This document shows, one piece after another, positions 30,530 through 39,920 of a DNA stretch of 64,000 nucleotides. Origin of the DNA: a bacterium (lineage in GTDB: Bacteria; Electryoneota; Electryoneia; Electryoneales; Electryoneaceae). Positions within the stretch are counted from its first letter, which is position 1. Every line of letters begins with the position of its first letter. The notes beneath the pieces are model-generated. The model ran no database searches, had not been told where the DNA came from, and worked only from the letters and a program-made list of their open reading frames with translations. The DNA lies in contig CAXXKJ010000002.1 of NCBI GenBank assembly GCA_963675295.2, forward strand, positions 1,152,001 through 1,216,000. The letters are read 5' to 3'. The translations under genes were made by a program, and so were the position numbers.

Positions 30530-31432
30530 ATGGCCAGCAACGATTCCGACCGCGCACTTGTCACCTCATCACTGATCCACCGTCTCGAGCCGCTCAGTTT
30601 GCGGGCGAAGGTAGTGGTTGAGGGGTTCCTCACCGGGCTGCACAAAAGCCCGTATCACGGGTTCTCCGTCGAATTCGCCGAGCACCGGATGTATCAGCCC
30701 GGCGACAATTTGAAGCATCTCGACTGGAAGGTGCTGGGACGGACCGATCGTCACTACATCAAGCAGTTCCAGGAGGAAACGAACCTCCGTGCGCAGATCC
30801 TGCTCGACGCCTCCGGCTCGATGGATTTCACTTCCGGAGATGTGAAGAAGATCGACTATGGCCGGTCGTTGGCGGCGGCGCTGGTGTATCTGCTACTGAC
30901 GCAACGTGACGCTGTCGGCTTGACCGTGTTCGACAGCGAAGTGCGTGAAACACGTCCGCCCCGATCCGCCCTGATCTGGCGCAACGAATTGTGGGCGGTG
31001 CTGGAGAAGGTCGTCGCCGAAGGCGAAACCCGCACCGGCGATGCGTTGCACCGTGTCGCGGAACGAGCGGGCCGACGCGGTCTGGTCATCCTCATCTCCG
31101 ACCTGTTGGACGATCCCGACGCCATCCTCGGCGGCCTGCACCATTTCCGTCATCTCGGGCACGAAGTGGTCGTGTTCCAGGTGCTCGATGATCGTGAATT
31201 GGACTTCGCGTTCGACCGGGAAGCGCGCTTCGAAGAGTTGGAAACGAAGCAATCGCTCACCGCCAGTCCATGGCAGGTGCGTGACGCCTACCAGCAGGAA
31301 ATGGCCGACTACCTCGAGACGATCAAGTCCGGGTGCAGCCGTCACAACGTGCGCCACCACATCCTCACCACCTCCACTCCCCTCGAAGATGCGTTGATCT
31401 CGTTTATCCTCAGCCGTGGACGGTTGGGATAG
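30530..31432 (+). CDS. DUF58 (vWA-like, MoxR-associated) protein
   Basis: GLHKSPYHGFSVEFAEHR.Y.PGD..K..DWK, LDASGSM, LISDL. Confidence 0.93.
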   Translation: MASNDSDRALVTSSLIHRLEPLSLRAKVVVEGFLTGLHKSPYHGFSVEFAEHRMYQPGDNLKHLDWKVLGRTDRHYIKQFQEETNLRAQILLDASGSMDFTSGDVKKIDYGRSLAAALVYLLLTQRDAVGLTVFDSEVRETRPPRSALIWRNELWAVLEKVVAEGETRTGDALHRVAERAGRRGLVILISDLLDDPDAILGGLHHFRHLGHEVVVFQVLDDRELDFAFDREARFEELETKQSLTASPWQVRDAYQQEMADYLETIKSGCSRHNVRHHILTTSTPLEDALISFILSRGRLG

Positions 31433-31453
31433 TCGCCGGAACCGTGCTCCTGC

Positions 31454-31486
31454 TTGCATTGTGATACTATATGTAGTACTATAGTC
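31454..31486 (+). promoter_or_regulatory. Promoter and palindromic operator of the toxin-antitoxin operon
   Basis: TTGCAT-N17-TACTAT; TACTA-tatg-TAGTA palindrome overlaps the spacer and -10. Confidence 0.65.
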
Positions 31487-31487
31487 G

Positions 31488-31802
31488 GTGAGGGGAGGTT
31501 TGATAAATCAAGCGAAGCTGGCGAAGTTGCGAGCGAAACTCTGTGACGGTGTTGCAGCATCAGGTGCTCGGTTGACTGATGTGTTGAAAACAATCGAAAC
31601 AGCCGGTTTTACCATCCGTCAAGGGAAGAAATCAACGCACTACATCGCTCAGCATTCGGAATTGACTCATCCAGACTTCATGCATGGCACACTATCCTTT
31701 GCTGAGAAAAAAGGAATTGTTAAAGCGTTCTACGTGAGGCGGATCTGTTTGGCCCTCGGGTTTCTCCTGGAAGGAGGAAAGCAAAATGGCGAAGACGCTT
31801 GA
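31488..31802 (+). CDS. hicA: HicA-like type II toxin (start uncertain)
   Basis: Small basic protein, AGFTIRQGKKSTHY (GSH-like His), VKAFYVRRI; overlaps the HicB gene. Confidence 0.65.
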   Translation: MRGGLINQAKLAKLRAKLCDGVAASGARLTDVLKTIETAGFTIRQGKKSTHYIAQHSELTHPDFMHGTLSFAEKKGIVKAFYVRRICLALGFLLEGGKQNGEDA

Positions 31803-32196
31803 ATACTATCGAAACTTGAAGTATCCGATCCATGTGGAACAGACAGAAGATGGGTGGGTCGCCTGGCATCCGGATCTGGGTAGATTGACGATGGCCGGAG
31901 TGGGTGAGTCGCCGCAAGAAGCGATTGAAGAACTGAACGATTTCCGCATCGAAATTATTGAGGGTTGGCTGGAACAAGGCTTGCCTGTGCCGGAACCGAG
32001 TGCCACGACCGACGAATTCAGTGGAAAGTTCGTCGTACGACTCCCAAAAGAACTGCATCAACTGTTGGCGGAAAAGGCCAAACGCGATGGATCGAGTCTA
32101 AACCAATACGTGGTATACTTGCTTGCCAGAAACATCGTGTTGGACAAAGACAAGGCTGAGTTTGTTCCGGTGTATCCGTCAAGCAAGGCCAGCTGA
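31786..32196 (+). CDS. hicB: HicB family antitoxin with C-terminal RHH domain
   Basis: YPIHVE...GWVAWHPDL...GESPQEAI, then SGKFVVRLPKELH...SLNQYV. Confidence 0.9.
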   Translation: MAKTLEYYRNLKYPIHVEQTEDGWVAWHPDLGRLTMAGVGESPQEAIEELNDFRIEIIEGWLEQGLPVPEPSATTDEFSGKFVVRLPKELHQLLAEKAKRDGSSLNQYVVYLLARNIVLDKDKAEFVPVYPSSKAS

Positions 32197-32505
32197 GTCT
32201 GGGCAAACCAGTTCGCCGATCAGTATGGTATCTGCGGGTGTGGGGCAGTCCCCACACCCGTTGTTGTTTCGCCACCACAGGACCTGTGGCACCCGGGGGG
32301 CTAGAAACGGATAAAGTCTTGTTTTCTCAGGAGAAAACCTCGCAATACAGTTTGGCCCTGCCTTTGCCTTCAGGCGGATAGAGGAAAACGTGTGGATCTC
32401 GCCGGTAACGGTGAGGTTGAGTCTTCCGTCACATAGTCACGACGTACCGTGTACATTTCGCCTTGTGAACACCATCAAATATCATTGAGACTTGGGAGGG
32501 GCAAG

Positions 32506-35052
32506 ATGCAACGCTTTCAACGAACGGCACGGGCCGCGTTGATTCCCGTGTTGATTCTTTCGCTTGCGGCATTCGCGGTTGCGCAGGAGCCGCACGACTA
32601 CTATCAGTTCCGCAGCAACAATCTGGTGCCGGTGCCGTATGGTCCGGTCGCCTTGCCGGGCGCAACATCCGGCATGTGGACCAATCCGGCGGGGGTCGGT
32701 GCGGATGGATCAAGCGGGTTCCTGTTTACGAAACCGTCCAGCGCGGACGGCTATTCCGATTACCTCAGCGATGACCTGGCGTGGGGTGTCAACCTGGACG
32801 GCCTCGGGTTTGGCGTTCAGTATTTGAACGGCAACACCGAAGCCCGGCGCTACACCTGGTCTGTCGGCACCGAAATCGAGGAAGGCTTGTACTTCGGCGC
32901 GGCCTACCACTGGACCAGCGACCTGAACATGCAGAACTCGTGGGACTTTGGTTTACTCGCCCGTCCCACCCGCTGGCTCTCGATTGGTGCGACCGCGACC
33001 GAAGCGATCGGCGGTGACTACAGCGTCGATCCGCTGGGCAAGAAGGTGGATGCCGATCCGACGTATCACGCCGGTCTGGCGGTGCGTCCCTTCGGCCCGA
33101 TGTTGACGTTGACCGGTGATGTCACCTTCTCCAAGGTTGGTATTGATGGGACATCGGTTGACTACATGGAAGATCTCGATCCGACGTTTACGGCGAGCAT
33201 CATGCCGTTGGACGGCATCACCATCCGTGGTGGCTATGCGGTTGACAGCGAGACGGTGTTTGCCGGCTTGTCACTCAGCTTCGGGATGAGCACCTTCGGC
33301 AGCTGGTCCGGCTTCGCCAATGATCCGGCGCCGGGACAGCCGGATGACGCCGGCGCGACCTGGATTCGGACCTCCAGCCAGTGGCAGCCGTCGATCTTTG
33401 ATATGTTCGACCGGAAGAAGGTGGTCAAGATGAGTTTGAGCGGACGGTTGGTCGAAGAACCGCAGCCGTTCAGCTTCTTCCGTGGCCAGAACCCGACTAT
33501 GCTGGAGAAGATCCAGCAGCTTGATCAGATCGCTGACGATCCGAGCGTTACCGCCGTGTGGCTGGAGCTGAACGGTCTGTCCGCTCAGCTGGCGGACCTG
33601 CAGGAGCTTCGCGGCGCGATCCAGCGTGTGCAGGACAGCGGCAAGCAGGTCTTCGTTTACGCCACCGACCTCAGTTTCGGTCAGTATTACCTCGCGTCCG
33701 CCGCGGACAAGATCTACATGCAGCCGACCGGCGTGATCGCGATCCCGGGGATCGGGTACGAGTCGATGCACGTCAAGAGCTTCATGGAAAAATTCCACCT
33801 CGTTCCGCAGGTTGAACGCATCGGCAAGTACAAGTCCGCCGCTGAGCTGGTGATCGCGGACAGCGCGTCCGCCGAAGCCGAAGAGGCGATGAACGCGATC
33901 CTCGACGACTGGTTTGACGAATGGGTCAACACGGTGGCGGAAGGTCGCGGCGCGGCGCGCGGTGATGTACGTTCGTGGGTCGATGAGGTCATCCACAACG
34001 GGACTGACGCCGCCGATCTTGGCATGATTGATGCCGCGTTGTACGACGACGAAGTCAAAGACGAAATCAAGTCCGAACTCGGTGACAAGGCGCAGTTTGT
34101 CAGCTCCGGGCAGTACTTCGGCATCGAACACGCGGATCCGGTCTGGGATGACATGACCAGCCCGAAGATCGCCGTGATCTTCGCCGAGGGAATGATCGTC
34201 ACCGGCAAGAGTGGACGGATGGGCTGGAACTCGAGCCCGTACATTGGCTCTGAAACGCTGGCCTCTTTGATCCGGCAGGCACGCAACGACCGTCGCGTGA
34301 AGGCGATCGTGATGCGTGTCGATTCCCCCGGTGGTTCCGGCCTGGCGTCGGATATAATCGCCCGTGAAGTGCAGCTCACGACGAACCCGGAAGATGAAGA
34401 CGCCGACAGCAAGCCGTTCATCGTCTCCATGTCCGGTGTCGCCGGTTCGGGTGGCTACTACATCGCCTGTTTCGCGGATGATATCGTCGCGCCGACCACC
34501 TCGATCACCGGCTCGATCGGCGTGCTCGCGATGAATCTCGACTACCATCCGTTGATGGACACGCTCGGCGTTCACTTTGACCCGAATTATCGTGGCGAAA
34601 ACGCCGGCATGTTCAACGGGCGTGAGTGGAACGAGGAACAGCGCGGGATCATCTACGACGAGATCAGCTCGCACTACCAGGTGTTCATCGGTCATGTCGC
34701 GGAAGGCCGTGGGATGACGAAGGACGCCGTGGACGCCGTCGGTCAGGGCCGGGTCTGGTCCGGTCAGGATGCCGTCGCGAAGAACCTCGTGGACGAAAAC
34801 GGCGGACTTTACGAAGCGATCCAGATGGCGAAGTTGAACATCGGCATGGACACGGATGAGAAGGTCGATCTGAAGCTGTACTACCCGGGTTCGAGCTGGA
34901 ATGTGGGCAGCGATTTCAACGCGCTGGTCTTCAACCAGATGCCCGATCCGGTCCGTGACCTGCTGGTGCGTGAAGAGATGATGCGTGTGCTCGACGAAGA
35001 GTCGATGAACATGCTGACGCCGGTCAACGCGGACGATCTGTACCTCGACTGA
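32506..35052 (+). CDS. sppA: Long-form signal peptide peptidase SppA with N-terminal beta-barrel-like domain
   Basis: Signal peptide; ~290-aa beta-strand domain with WTNPAG; tandem S49 domains with GKYKSA, RVDSPGGS, AGSGGYY, TGSIGV, GRVWSG. Confidence 0.9.
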   Translation: MQRFQRTARAALIPVLILSLAAFAVAQEPHDYYQFRSNNLVPVPYGPVALPGATSGMWTNPAGVGADGSSGFLFTKPSSADGYSDYLSDDLAWGVNLDGLGFGVQYLNGNTEARRYTWSVGTEIEEGLYFGAAYHWTSDLNMQNSWDFGLLARPTRWLSIGATATEAIGGDYSVDPLGKKVDADPTYHAGLAVRPFGPMLTLTGDVTFSKVGIDGTSVDYMEDLDPTFTASIMPLDGITIRGGYAVDSETVFAGLSLSFGMSTFGSWSGFANDPAPGQPDDAGATWIRTSSQWQPSIFDMFDRKKVVKMSLSGRLVEEPQPFSFFRGQNPTMLEKIQQLDQIADDPSVTAVWLELNGLSAQLADLQELRGAIQRVQDSGKQVFVYATDLSFGQYYLASAADKIYMQPTGVIAIPGIGYESMHVKSFMEKFHLVPQVERIGKYKSAAELVIADSASAEAEEAMNAILDDWFDEWVNTVAEGRGAARGDVRSWVDEVIHNGTDAADLGMIDAALYDDEVKDEIKSELGDKAQFVSSGQYFGIEHADPVWDDMTSPKIAVIFAEGMIVTGKSGRMGWNSSPYIGSETLASLIRQARNDRRVKAIVMRVDSPGGSGLASDIIAREVQLTTNPEDEDADSKPFIVSMSGVAGSGGYYIACFADDIVAPTTSITGSIGVLAMNLDYHPLMDTLGVHFDPNYRGENAGMFNGREWNEEQRGIIYDEISSHYQVFIGHVAEGRGMTKDAVDAVGQGRVWSGQDAVAKNLVDENGGLYEAIQMAKLNIGMDTDEKVDLKLYYPGSSWNVGSDFNALVFNQMPDPVRDLLVREEMMRVLDEESMNMLTPVNADDLYLD

Positions 35053-35076
35053 TCGGTCGAACTCTAACGATACTCG

Positions 35077-35112
35077 CGAATCCCGCATCAATGGATGCGG
35101 GATTCGTTTCTT
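35077..35112 (+). terminator. Intrinsic terminator
   Basis: CGAATCCCGCATC-aatg-GATGCGGGATTCG-TTTCTT. Confidence 0.8.
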
Positions 35113-35171
35113 CTGGCTATTTTGGCCAGGCGGTCGCGAAGGTTTTCCCACAGCACGGGGGCGGAAACCAG

Positions 35172-35465
35172 ATGACTTCAACACTGATGACGTTGCTCAT
35201 CGTCATTCTGATCAACACGATCTTCTGGCTTGGGCTCTATATCCGAATGGCCCACTATGTACGCACACACGGCGGCAGGTTAACCTTGTTTTCCTTCAAC
35301 TTGATGTTCCCCGTGATCGCGCAGTACCGGAAGCTGTATGGGCAGGAAATTGCCCCCGGTTCGAATCTGTTTCCCCTCTGGCTGATCAGCGTAGCTCTCA
35401 ACCTGCTGCTGATTGTTATCCTGATCCTGACGGTTTTCCTGGCACAGCCGGTGGTGCCCTACTGA
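35172..35465 (+). CDS. Small membrane hypothetical protein
   Basis: Two long hydrophobic helices; ATG at 35172. Confidence 0.6.
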   Translation: MTSTLMTLLIVILINTIFWLGLYIRMAHYVRTHGGRLTLFSFNLMFPVIAQYRKLYGQEIAPGSNLFPLWLISVALNLLLIVILILTVFLAQPVVPY

Positions 35466-35554
35466 ACAGGTCCGCTGCCAAGCGGGAGTTCCACTACCAT
35501 GGCAATAGCTTGTCACCGTACCTTCCATCATTCCAGGGCAGGGGAGAATCAGGG

Positions 35555-36424
35555 ATGATTGTCTACTACAACGGGCAGTATCTCGACAAGGACGAGGTTC
35601 GGATCTCGCCGGACGATCGCGGCTGGTTGTTCGCGGACGGGATCTACGAAGTTGTGCGGGTATATTGCGGGAAACCGTTCCGCATGCTGGAGCACATCGA
35701 CCGGCTGCGCCACTCCGCCGGAGAGATTTTCCTGCGCTTGCCGGATGATTTCGACTTGCGCGAAATCTCGCGTGAGTTGCTGCAACGAAACAACGTGACC
35801 GGTGACGCGGTGATCTACATCCAGATCACGCGGGGTGCCGCACCGCGCACGCATCATTTCCCGCCCCCGGACACGCCGCCCACGGTCTATGTTTTGGTCC
35901 GAGATTTTCCCGCCAACCCGCAGCAGTTCGAGGAGGGCTTCGGTGTCCTGCTGGTGCCGGACACTCGCTGGGCGCGTTGCGATGTCAAGACAATCAATTT
36001 GCTGCCGAACACGTTGGCCTCGGAAGCTGCGCGGCAGGCAAACGCCCAGGAAGCCGTTTTCGTACGCGGCAAAGCGGTTGCGGAAGGGACACACACCAGC
36101 GTCATCGCGATCCGGGACGGTGTCGTTGTCACCAGCCCGGTGGACGAGAACATCCTGCCGTCGGTGACCCGTTCGATCCTGCTTCAGTTGTGCCAGGAAC
36201 GGGGGATTCCGGTGCACGCGGAGGGGTTGACGGTGCAATCGTTCCTGCATGCCGATGAGGCGGTGCTGCTCGGTACGACGACCGAGCTGACCCCGATCAA
36301 TCGGATCAAGCTGGTGCCGGAGTTGCGTCATCTCGGCGACGCCACCCGTTTCCGCACCCCCGGCCCGATCACGCAGAAGCTGCAGGAAGGCTACCGCGAC
36401 CTGATCCAGCGGGAATGCGACTGA
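35555..36424 (+). CDS. dat: D-amino-acid aminotransferase (PLP fold type IV)
   Basis: DRGWLFADGIYEV, IYIQITRG..PR.H.FP, RWARCDVKTINLLPN, ILPSVTR. Confidence 0.9.
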   Translation: MIVYYNGQYLDKDEVRISPDDRGWLFADGIYEVVRVYCGKPFRMLEHIDRLRHSAGEIFLRLPDDFDLREISRELLQRNNVTGDAVIYIQITRGAAPRTHHFPPPDTPPTVYVLVRDFPANPQQFEEGFGVLLVPDTRWARCDVKTINLLPNTLASEAARQANAQEAVFVRGKAVAEGTHTSVIAIRDGVVVTSPVDENILPSVTRSILLQLCQERGIPVHAEGLTVQSFLHADEAVLLGTTTELTPINRIKLVPELRHLGDATRFRTPGPITQKLQEGYRDLIQRECD

Positions 36425-36428
36425 TTCC

Positions 36429-36497
36429 TGGGCGATGGGCTATTGGCTGTAGGCCATGGGTCACGGTCTGCGGGCTACGGGCTGCGGCTTCCGGATT
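36429..36497. repeat. Degenerate heptamer array (YGGGCTR-type, about 9 units)
   Basis: tgggcga tgggcta ttggctg taggcca tgggtca cggtctg cgggcta cgggctg cggcttc, directly after the dat stop. Confidence 0.75.
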
Positions 36498-36565
36498 GCC
36501 ATTGAAATGTGCCCCGACCGTAAAAAAGCTGGTCGGGATCGTCCCGTCAATTCATCTCAAAACGT

Positions 36566-36589
36566 GCCCCAGACATTCATGTCTGGGGT
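36566..36589. repeat. REP-like palindrome, CCCAGACAT-nn-ATGTCTGGG family
   Basis: GCCCCAGACATTCATGTCTGGGGT; other copies at 45212, 45260 and 55051. Confidence 0.85.
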
Positions 36590-36670
36590 CAACCGCCGCG
36601 CATCCAATTCCGGAATCTTCGAACCCAGTTTCCTTACCTTCCGAGTGTCCAGCCACCACCGGGAGGTCCG

Positions 36671-37579
36671 ATGCATCCGCGTGCCGTGTATTTGTTATTC
36701 CCATCGTTCGCAGCTGCTGCCCTGTTGCTGATCCTGCTTGCCGTTCTTTCCCCATCTCCGGCTCACGCCCTGATCCCGCCAGACTCCGCGCGCGCAAACC
36801 AATTGCGGCCGGAGCAGGAGGAACCGTGGCGTTTCACCTTCACCACGAACGGCAACCTGTGGCTGTGGTGGGCGACGGAGAAGGACACGGCGGTGACCTG
36901 GGATTACGGCGCGACGGTGGACATGGAGATCGCGCGCGGACGTGGGCACCGGCTGTGGTACGGCGGCTCCTACCGCATGGCGGCGGGCTTTAACGAGGGC
37001 CAGTCGATCACGCCGTTCGATCCAAACCAGGTCGATACGTGGCTGCATTTCTCCTACCGCTGGGCGTGGCGGGAACGACGGATGGCGTTTCTCAACATGC
37101 GCCGCACCTGCTTCCACCTGATCGACCAGAAGTATCGGGACGCAGTCTTCTGGACACACGCCGCGTTCGGACTTGGCACCACCTCACCGGTCGAACACGG
37201 CGAAGCGGCGGCGATTGTGCGCTACCTGAACCGGCCAATGTGGAACGCGTACCTCTCGACCGGACCGTTCCTGCACGGCGGCGTTTCCCGTCTGCTCGGC
37301 CACAACCCGACGTGGCAATGGGAGAGCAGCGGCTACCTGTCGTACACGTACCCCGTGACCCGCACCTTTCTGCTCGACGCGCAGCTGGCCGGCGACTGGC
37401 TGTACCTGTTGCCCAATGATGGCGGCCAGCACCGGTATCGCGCACGGATGCGGCTGTACTTGATCGCGCAACGGGACCGGGGGAACGCGTCGTTCTTCGT
37501 CGACCGTGTGCTGCACGACAGCTACCCGGAGCGCTTTCACCCCGTCGGCTGGCGTGTCGGCCTCGAACACCGGTTCTGA
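36671..37579 (+). CDS. Hypothetical protein, probable outer-membrane beta-barrel
   Basis: Signal peptide ending AHA, Trp/Tyr-rich amphipathic strands, C-terminal beta-signal-like RVGLEHRF. Confidence 0.7.
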   Translation: MHPRAVYLLFPSFAAAALLLILLAVLSPSPAHALIPPDSARANQLRPEQEEPWRFTFTTNGNLWLWWATEKDTAVTWDYGATVDMEIARGRGHRLWYGGSYRMAAGFNEGQSITPFDPNQVDTWLHFSYRWAWRERRMAFLNMRRTCFHLIDQKYRDAVFWTHAAFGLGTTSPVEHGEAAAIVRYLNRPMWNAYLSTGPFLHGGVSRLLGHNPTWQWESSGYLSYTYPVTRTFLLDAQLAGDWLYLLPNDGGQHRYRARMRLYLIAQRDRGNASFFVDRVLHDSYPERFHPVGWRVGLEHRF

Positions 37580-37682
37580 TTCGGCTGCGGACGGGGTTGG
37601 TGCCCGTGATTGTCCGCCGGTCCGTTTCGGCGGCTATCGCGGGTTATCGGCGTCGGCAGAGCTTGCGCGGGTATGGACCTGA

Positions 37683-37761
37683 ATGTGCCCCTGATGGCTC
37701 CGCCAGCAGGGCTTATCCAACGTCGGATGACCCGCGTTGTCGAAGCCAACACTGGCAAGAG
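37683..37761. repeat. Structured direct repeat, copy A
   Basis: 66/79 identical (hand alignment) to 39728-39805; three hairpins. Confidence 0.85.
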
Positions 37762-37913
37762 GTGATCGATCACGAATCATCCCGACGAGCACTTTTGCCA
37801 TCGGGGCAAACACTGTCGCGAGCAATTGGTATTCGTATCCCATCCATTGAGCTTCTCGCTTCGGCGTTGTGCGTAGACGTATGTTAGTTGCGAATCAAGC
37901 GTGAGGAAATTCG

Positions 37914-39713
37914 ATGTGCCGCCGTTTGTGCTATTTCATCACCTGCATCGCTTTCGGCCTGGCCACCGTCAGCCTCGCCCAGCCGCCAGATACCCTTTGG
38001 ACCTCCCGATGGGACATGGGAGGTGCAGAAGAGTATGTCAACTCGATTTCGCCGACATTCGACGGCGGTTTCGTGTTAACAGGACAGACAAATGTGATTC
38101 AGGATGGCTATGCCTGTTGGGTTTGCAGAGTAGATGCTGACGGAGAAACCTTGTGGAGCAGGCTGTACGGTGGCGGTGATCGCGAAAAAGGCATGTATGC
38201 CGAACAGACTTCCGATTCAGGATTTGTCGTTTGTGGATCATCTCGATCATTTGGCCCGTATCCGAGCTATGGTTCCTATGTGATGAAGCTGAATCAAGTT
38301 GGTGATGTGCAATGGCATAGAATTTTCAGTGCTGATGGCTACGATGATCACGCAAGTTGTGTCCGTGAAATGCCAAATCATGATCTTGTGGTAGGAGGCA
38401 TTCATGAAGGTCTTCCATACCTGGCCAGACTAAGCGGCTCAGGACAACCTGTTTGGTTCAATACGTATGAAATCCCAGATGGAATTTACTTTGATATAGA
38501 ATTCGTAGAACCTACTTCTGATGATGGCTGTGTTGCTGGTGGGCGTTATTATCCAGATACCCATACACGAGCCACGCTCTGGAAAACCGATTCCGAGGGC
38601 GCACTGGAATGGATTGCGGACTCACTTGATATGGCAACGGCGACCTGTGTTCGTCAAACAGAGAATGGCCATTTTGTCACTTCAGGATATCAAGATGTTT
38701 TTGATGATACAGGAGTGAGTCGACAAGCTGCGGAATACGATGAGTATGGCGAGTTGGTTTGGGAGAGACGGTATTTGGGTGATGATGCAACAGATCGGGG
38801 AACTTCAATATCAATAGCGCAAGATGGAAACTTGCTTGTTACTGGCTATTACTGGGTTTGGGATTATCTGAATTACAATCAATGGATTGCTAAAGTCGAA
38901 CGTGATGGCGGTGATATCATCTGGGAAACATCAATCCAGATGGGAAGACCGTTGAGTATGGCGATTTCCCGTGATGGAGGTATCGCCTACGCAGGCGGAG
39001 ACGAGTTCGGTTCTGGGCAAGCCTGGAGTAGCGATTTTGTGATGGTCAAACTGGCACCGGAAGTGACGGTCAGTTTGACGTCCGATCCAGACCCGATCCC
39101 GAGTACCGGCGGCACGTTGATCTTTGACGAACTGCTCGCCAACATCCTCGTCGAACCGACCGATCTTGACCGCTGGACTTTGATCCTCGGCCCCAACGAC
39201 TTCCGTGAGGTCGGTAACGCGTCGCTGTTCACCCTGCAACCGGGCAGCACCACGATAAACCCCAACCAATCCTTCGATATCCCCGCGTCGTGGGCTGACG
39301 GCAGCTACACCGTCGAACTCCACTACGGCAGTTATCCCGGTGACATGTCGAACATGGGACTCGGCATGCTCACCTTCGAGAAGGGTGGTTCCGCGGTGGA
39401 TGATCCGGCGACCCCAGGGTCACAAGATGATCCGGGCCACCCGGCAGAATTCGCGCTGAGTTCTGCCTGGCCGAATCCGTTTAACGCGTCGACGACCTTC
39501 TCCCTGACGTTACCCATTGGTGTGCCGGTGACCGTTACCGTCTGCAACGTTGAGGGGCGTGTTGTCACACAGCTGGGCGATGATACCCGCCTCCCCGCCG
39601 GAACACACAGTTTCACATTCGACGCATCCGGTATGGCGAGCGGACCGTATTTTGTTCACGCAACGATTCCAGGCGAACTGGATCAAGTGCGGAAGGTGAT
39701 GTTGATCCGCTGA
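37914..39713 (+). CDS. Secreted beta-propeller protein with Ig-like domain and T9SS type A-like C-terminal domain
   Basis: Signal peptide then QPPDTLW; repeated T.DGG.V..G / K.D..G...W blades; AWPNPFNASTT...GMASGPYF...KVMLIR tail. Confidence 0.88.
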   Translation: MCRRLCYFITCIAFGLATVSLAQPPDTLWTSRWDMGGAEEYVNSISPTFDGGFVLTGQTNVIQDGYACWVCRVDADGETLWSRLYGGGDREKGMYAEQTSDSGFVVCGSSRSFGPYPSYGSYVMKLNQVGDVQWHRIFSADGYDDHASCVREMPNHDLVVGGIHEGLPYLARLSGSGQPVWFNTYEIPDGIYFDIEFVEPTSDDGCVAGGRYYPDTHTRATLWKTDSEGALEWIADSLDMATATCVRQTENGHFVTSGYQDVFDDTGVSRQAAEYDEYGELVWERRYLGDDATDRGTSISIAQDGNLLVTGYYWVWDYLNYNQWIAKVERDGGDIIWETSIQMGRPLSMAISRDGGIAYAGGDEFGSGQAWSSDFVMVKLAPEVTVSLTSDPDPIPSTGGTLIFDELLANILVEPTDLDRWTLILGPNDFREVGNASLFTLQPGSTTINPNQSFDIPASWADGSYTVELHYGSYPGDMSNMGLGMLTFEKGGSAVDDPATPGSQDDPGHPAEFALSSAWPNPFNASTTFSLTLPIGVPVTVTVCNVEGRVVTQLGDDTRLPAGTHSFTFDASGMASGPYFVHATIPGELDQVRKVMLIR

Positions 39714-39727
39714 GGTCACCGTTCGCC

Positions 39728-39805
39728 ATGTGCCCCTGATGGTTCCGCCAGCAGGGATCATCCACCGTCGGAAAACCCGCGTCAGCAAGCTGACACGGGC
39801 AAGAG
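39728..39805. repeat. Structured direct repeat, copy B
   Basis: Starts 15 bp after the stop of 37914..39713; same orientation as copy A. Confidence 0.85.
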
Positions 39806-39885
39806 CAACACTCCCTTCCAAAAGCAACATGGCCGCGTCAGCATTCTATGCGACACGGCCACATTTACCTCACACCCTTACAAGA

Positions 39886-39920
39886 ACTCATCACTCACAA
39901 CTCACCACTCGTCACTCGGG
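39886..39920. repeat. Degenerate heptamer array (ACTCAYC-type)
   Basis: actcatc actcaca actcacc actcgtc actcggg, abutting the GNAT stop. Confidence 0.75.

Noticed and set aside
33271-35184. Long antisense ORFs (637 aa here; also 55593..57224, 59209..60399, 4558..5664, 6958..8025)
   Set aside because: Shadow frames of high-GC genes with strong codon bias; no motifs or RBS
37683-39805. Structured repeat as a hammerhead/HDV ribozyme or canonical integron attC
   Set aside because: CTGATGG differs from the CUGAUGA core and GAAA is absent from copy A; no HDV pseudoknot could be built by eye; no RYYYAAC/GTTRRRY ends
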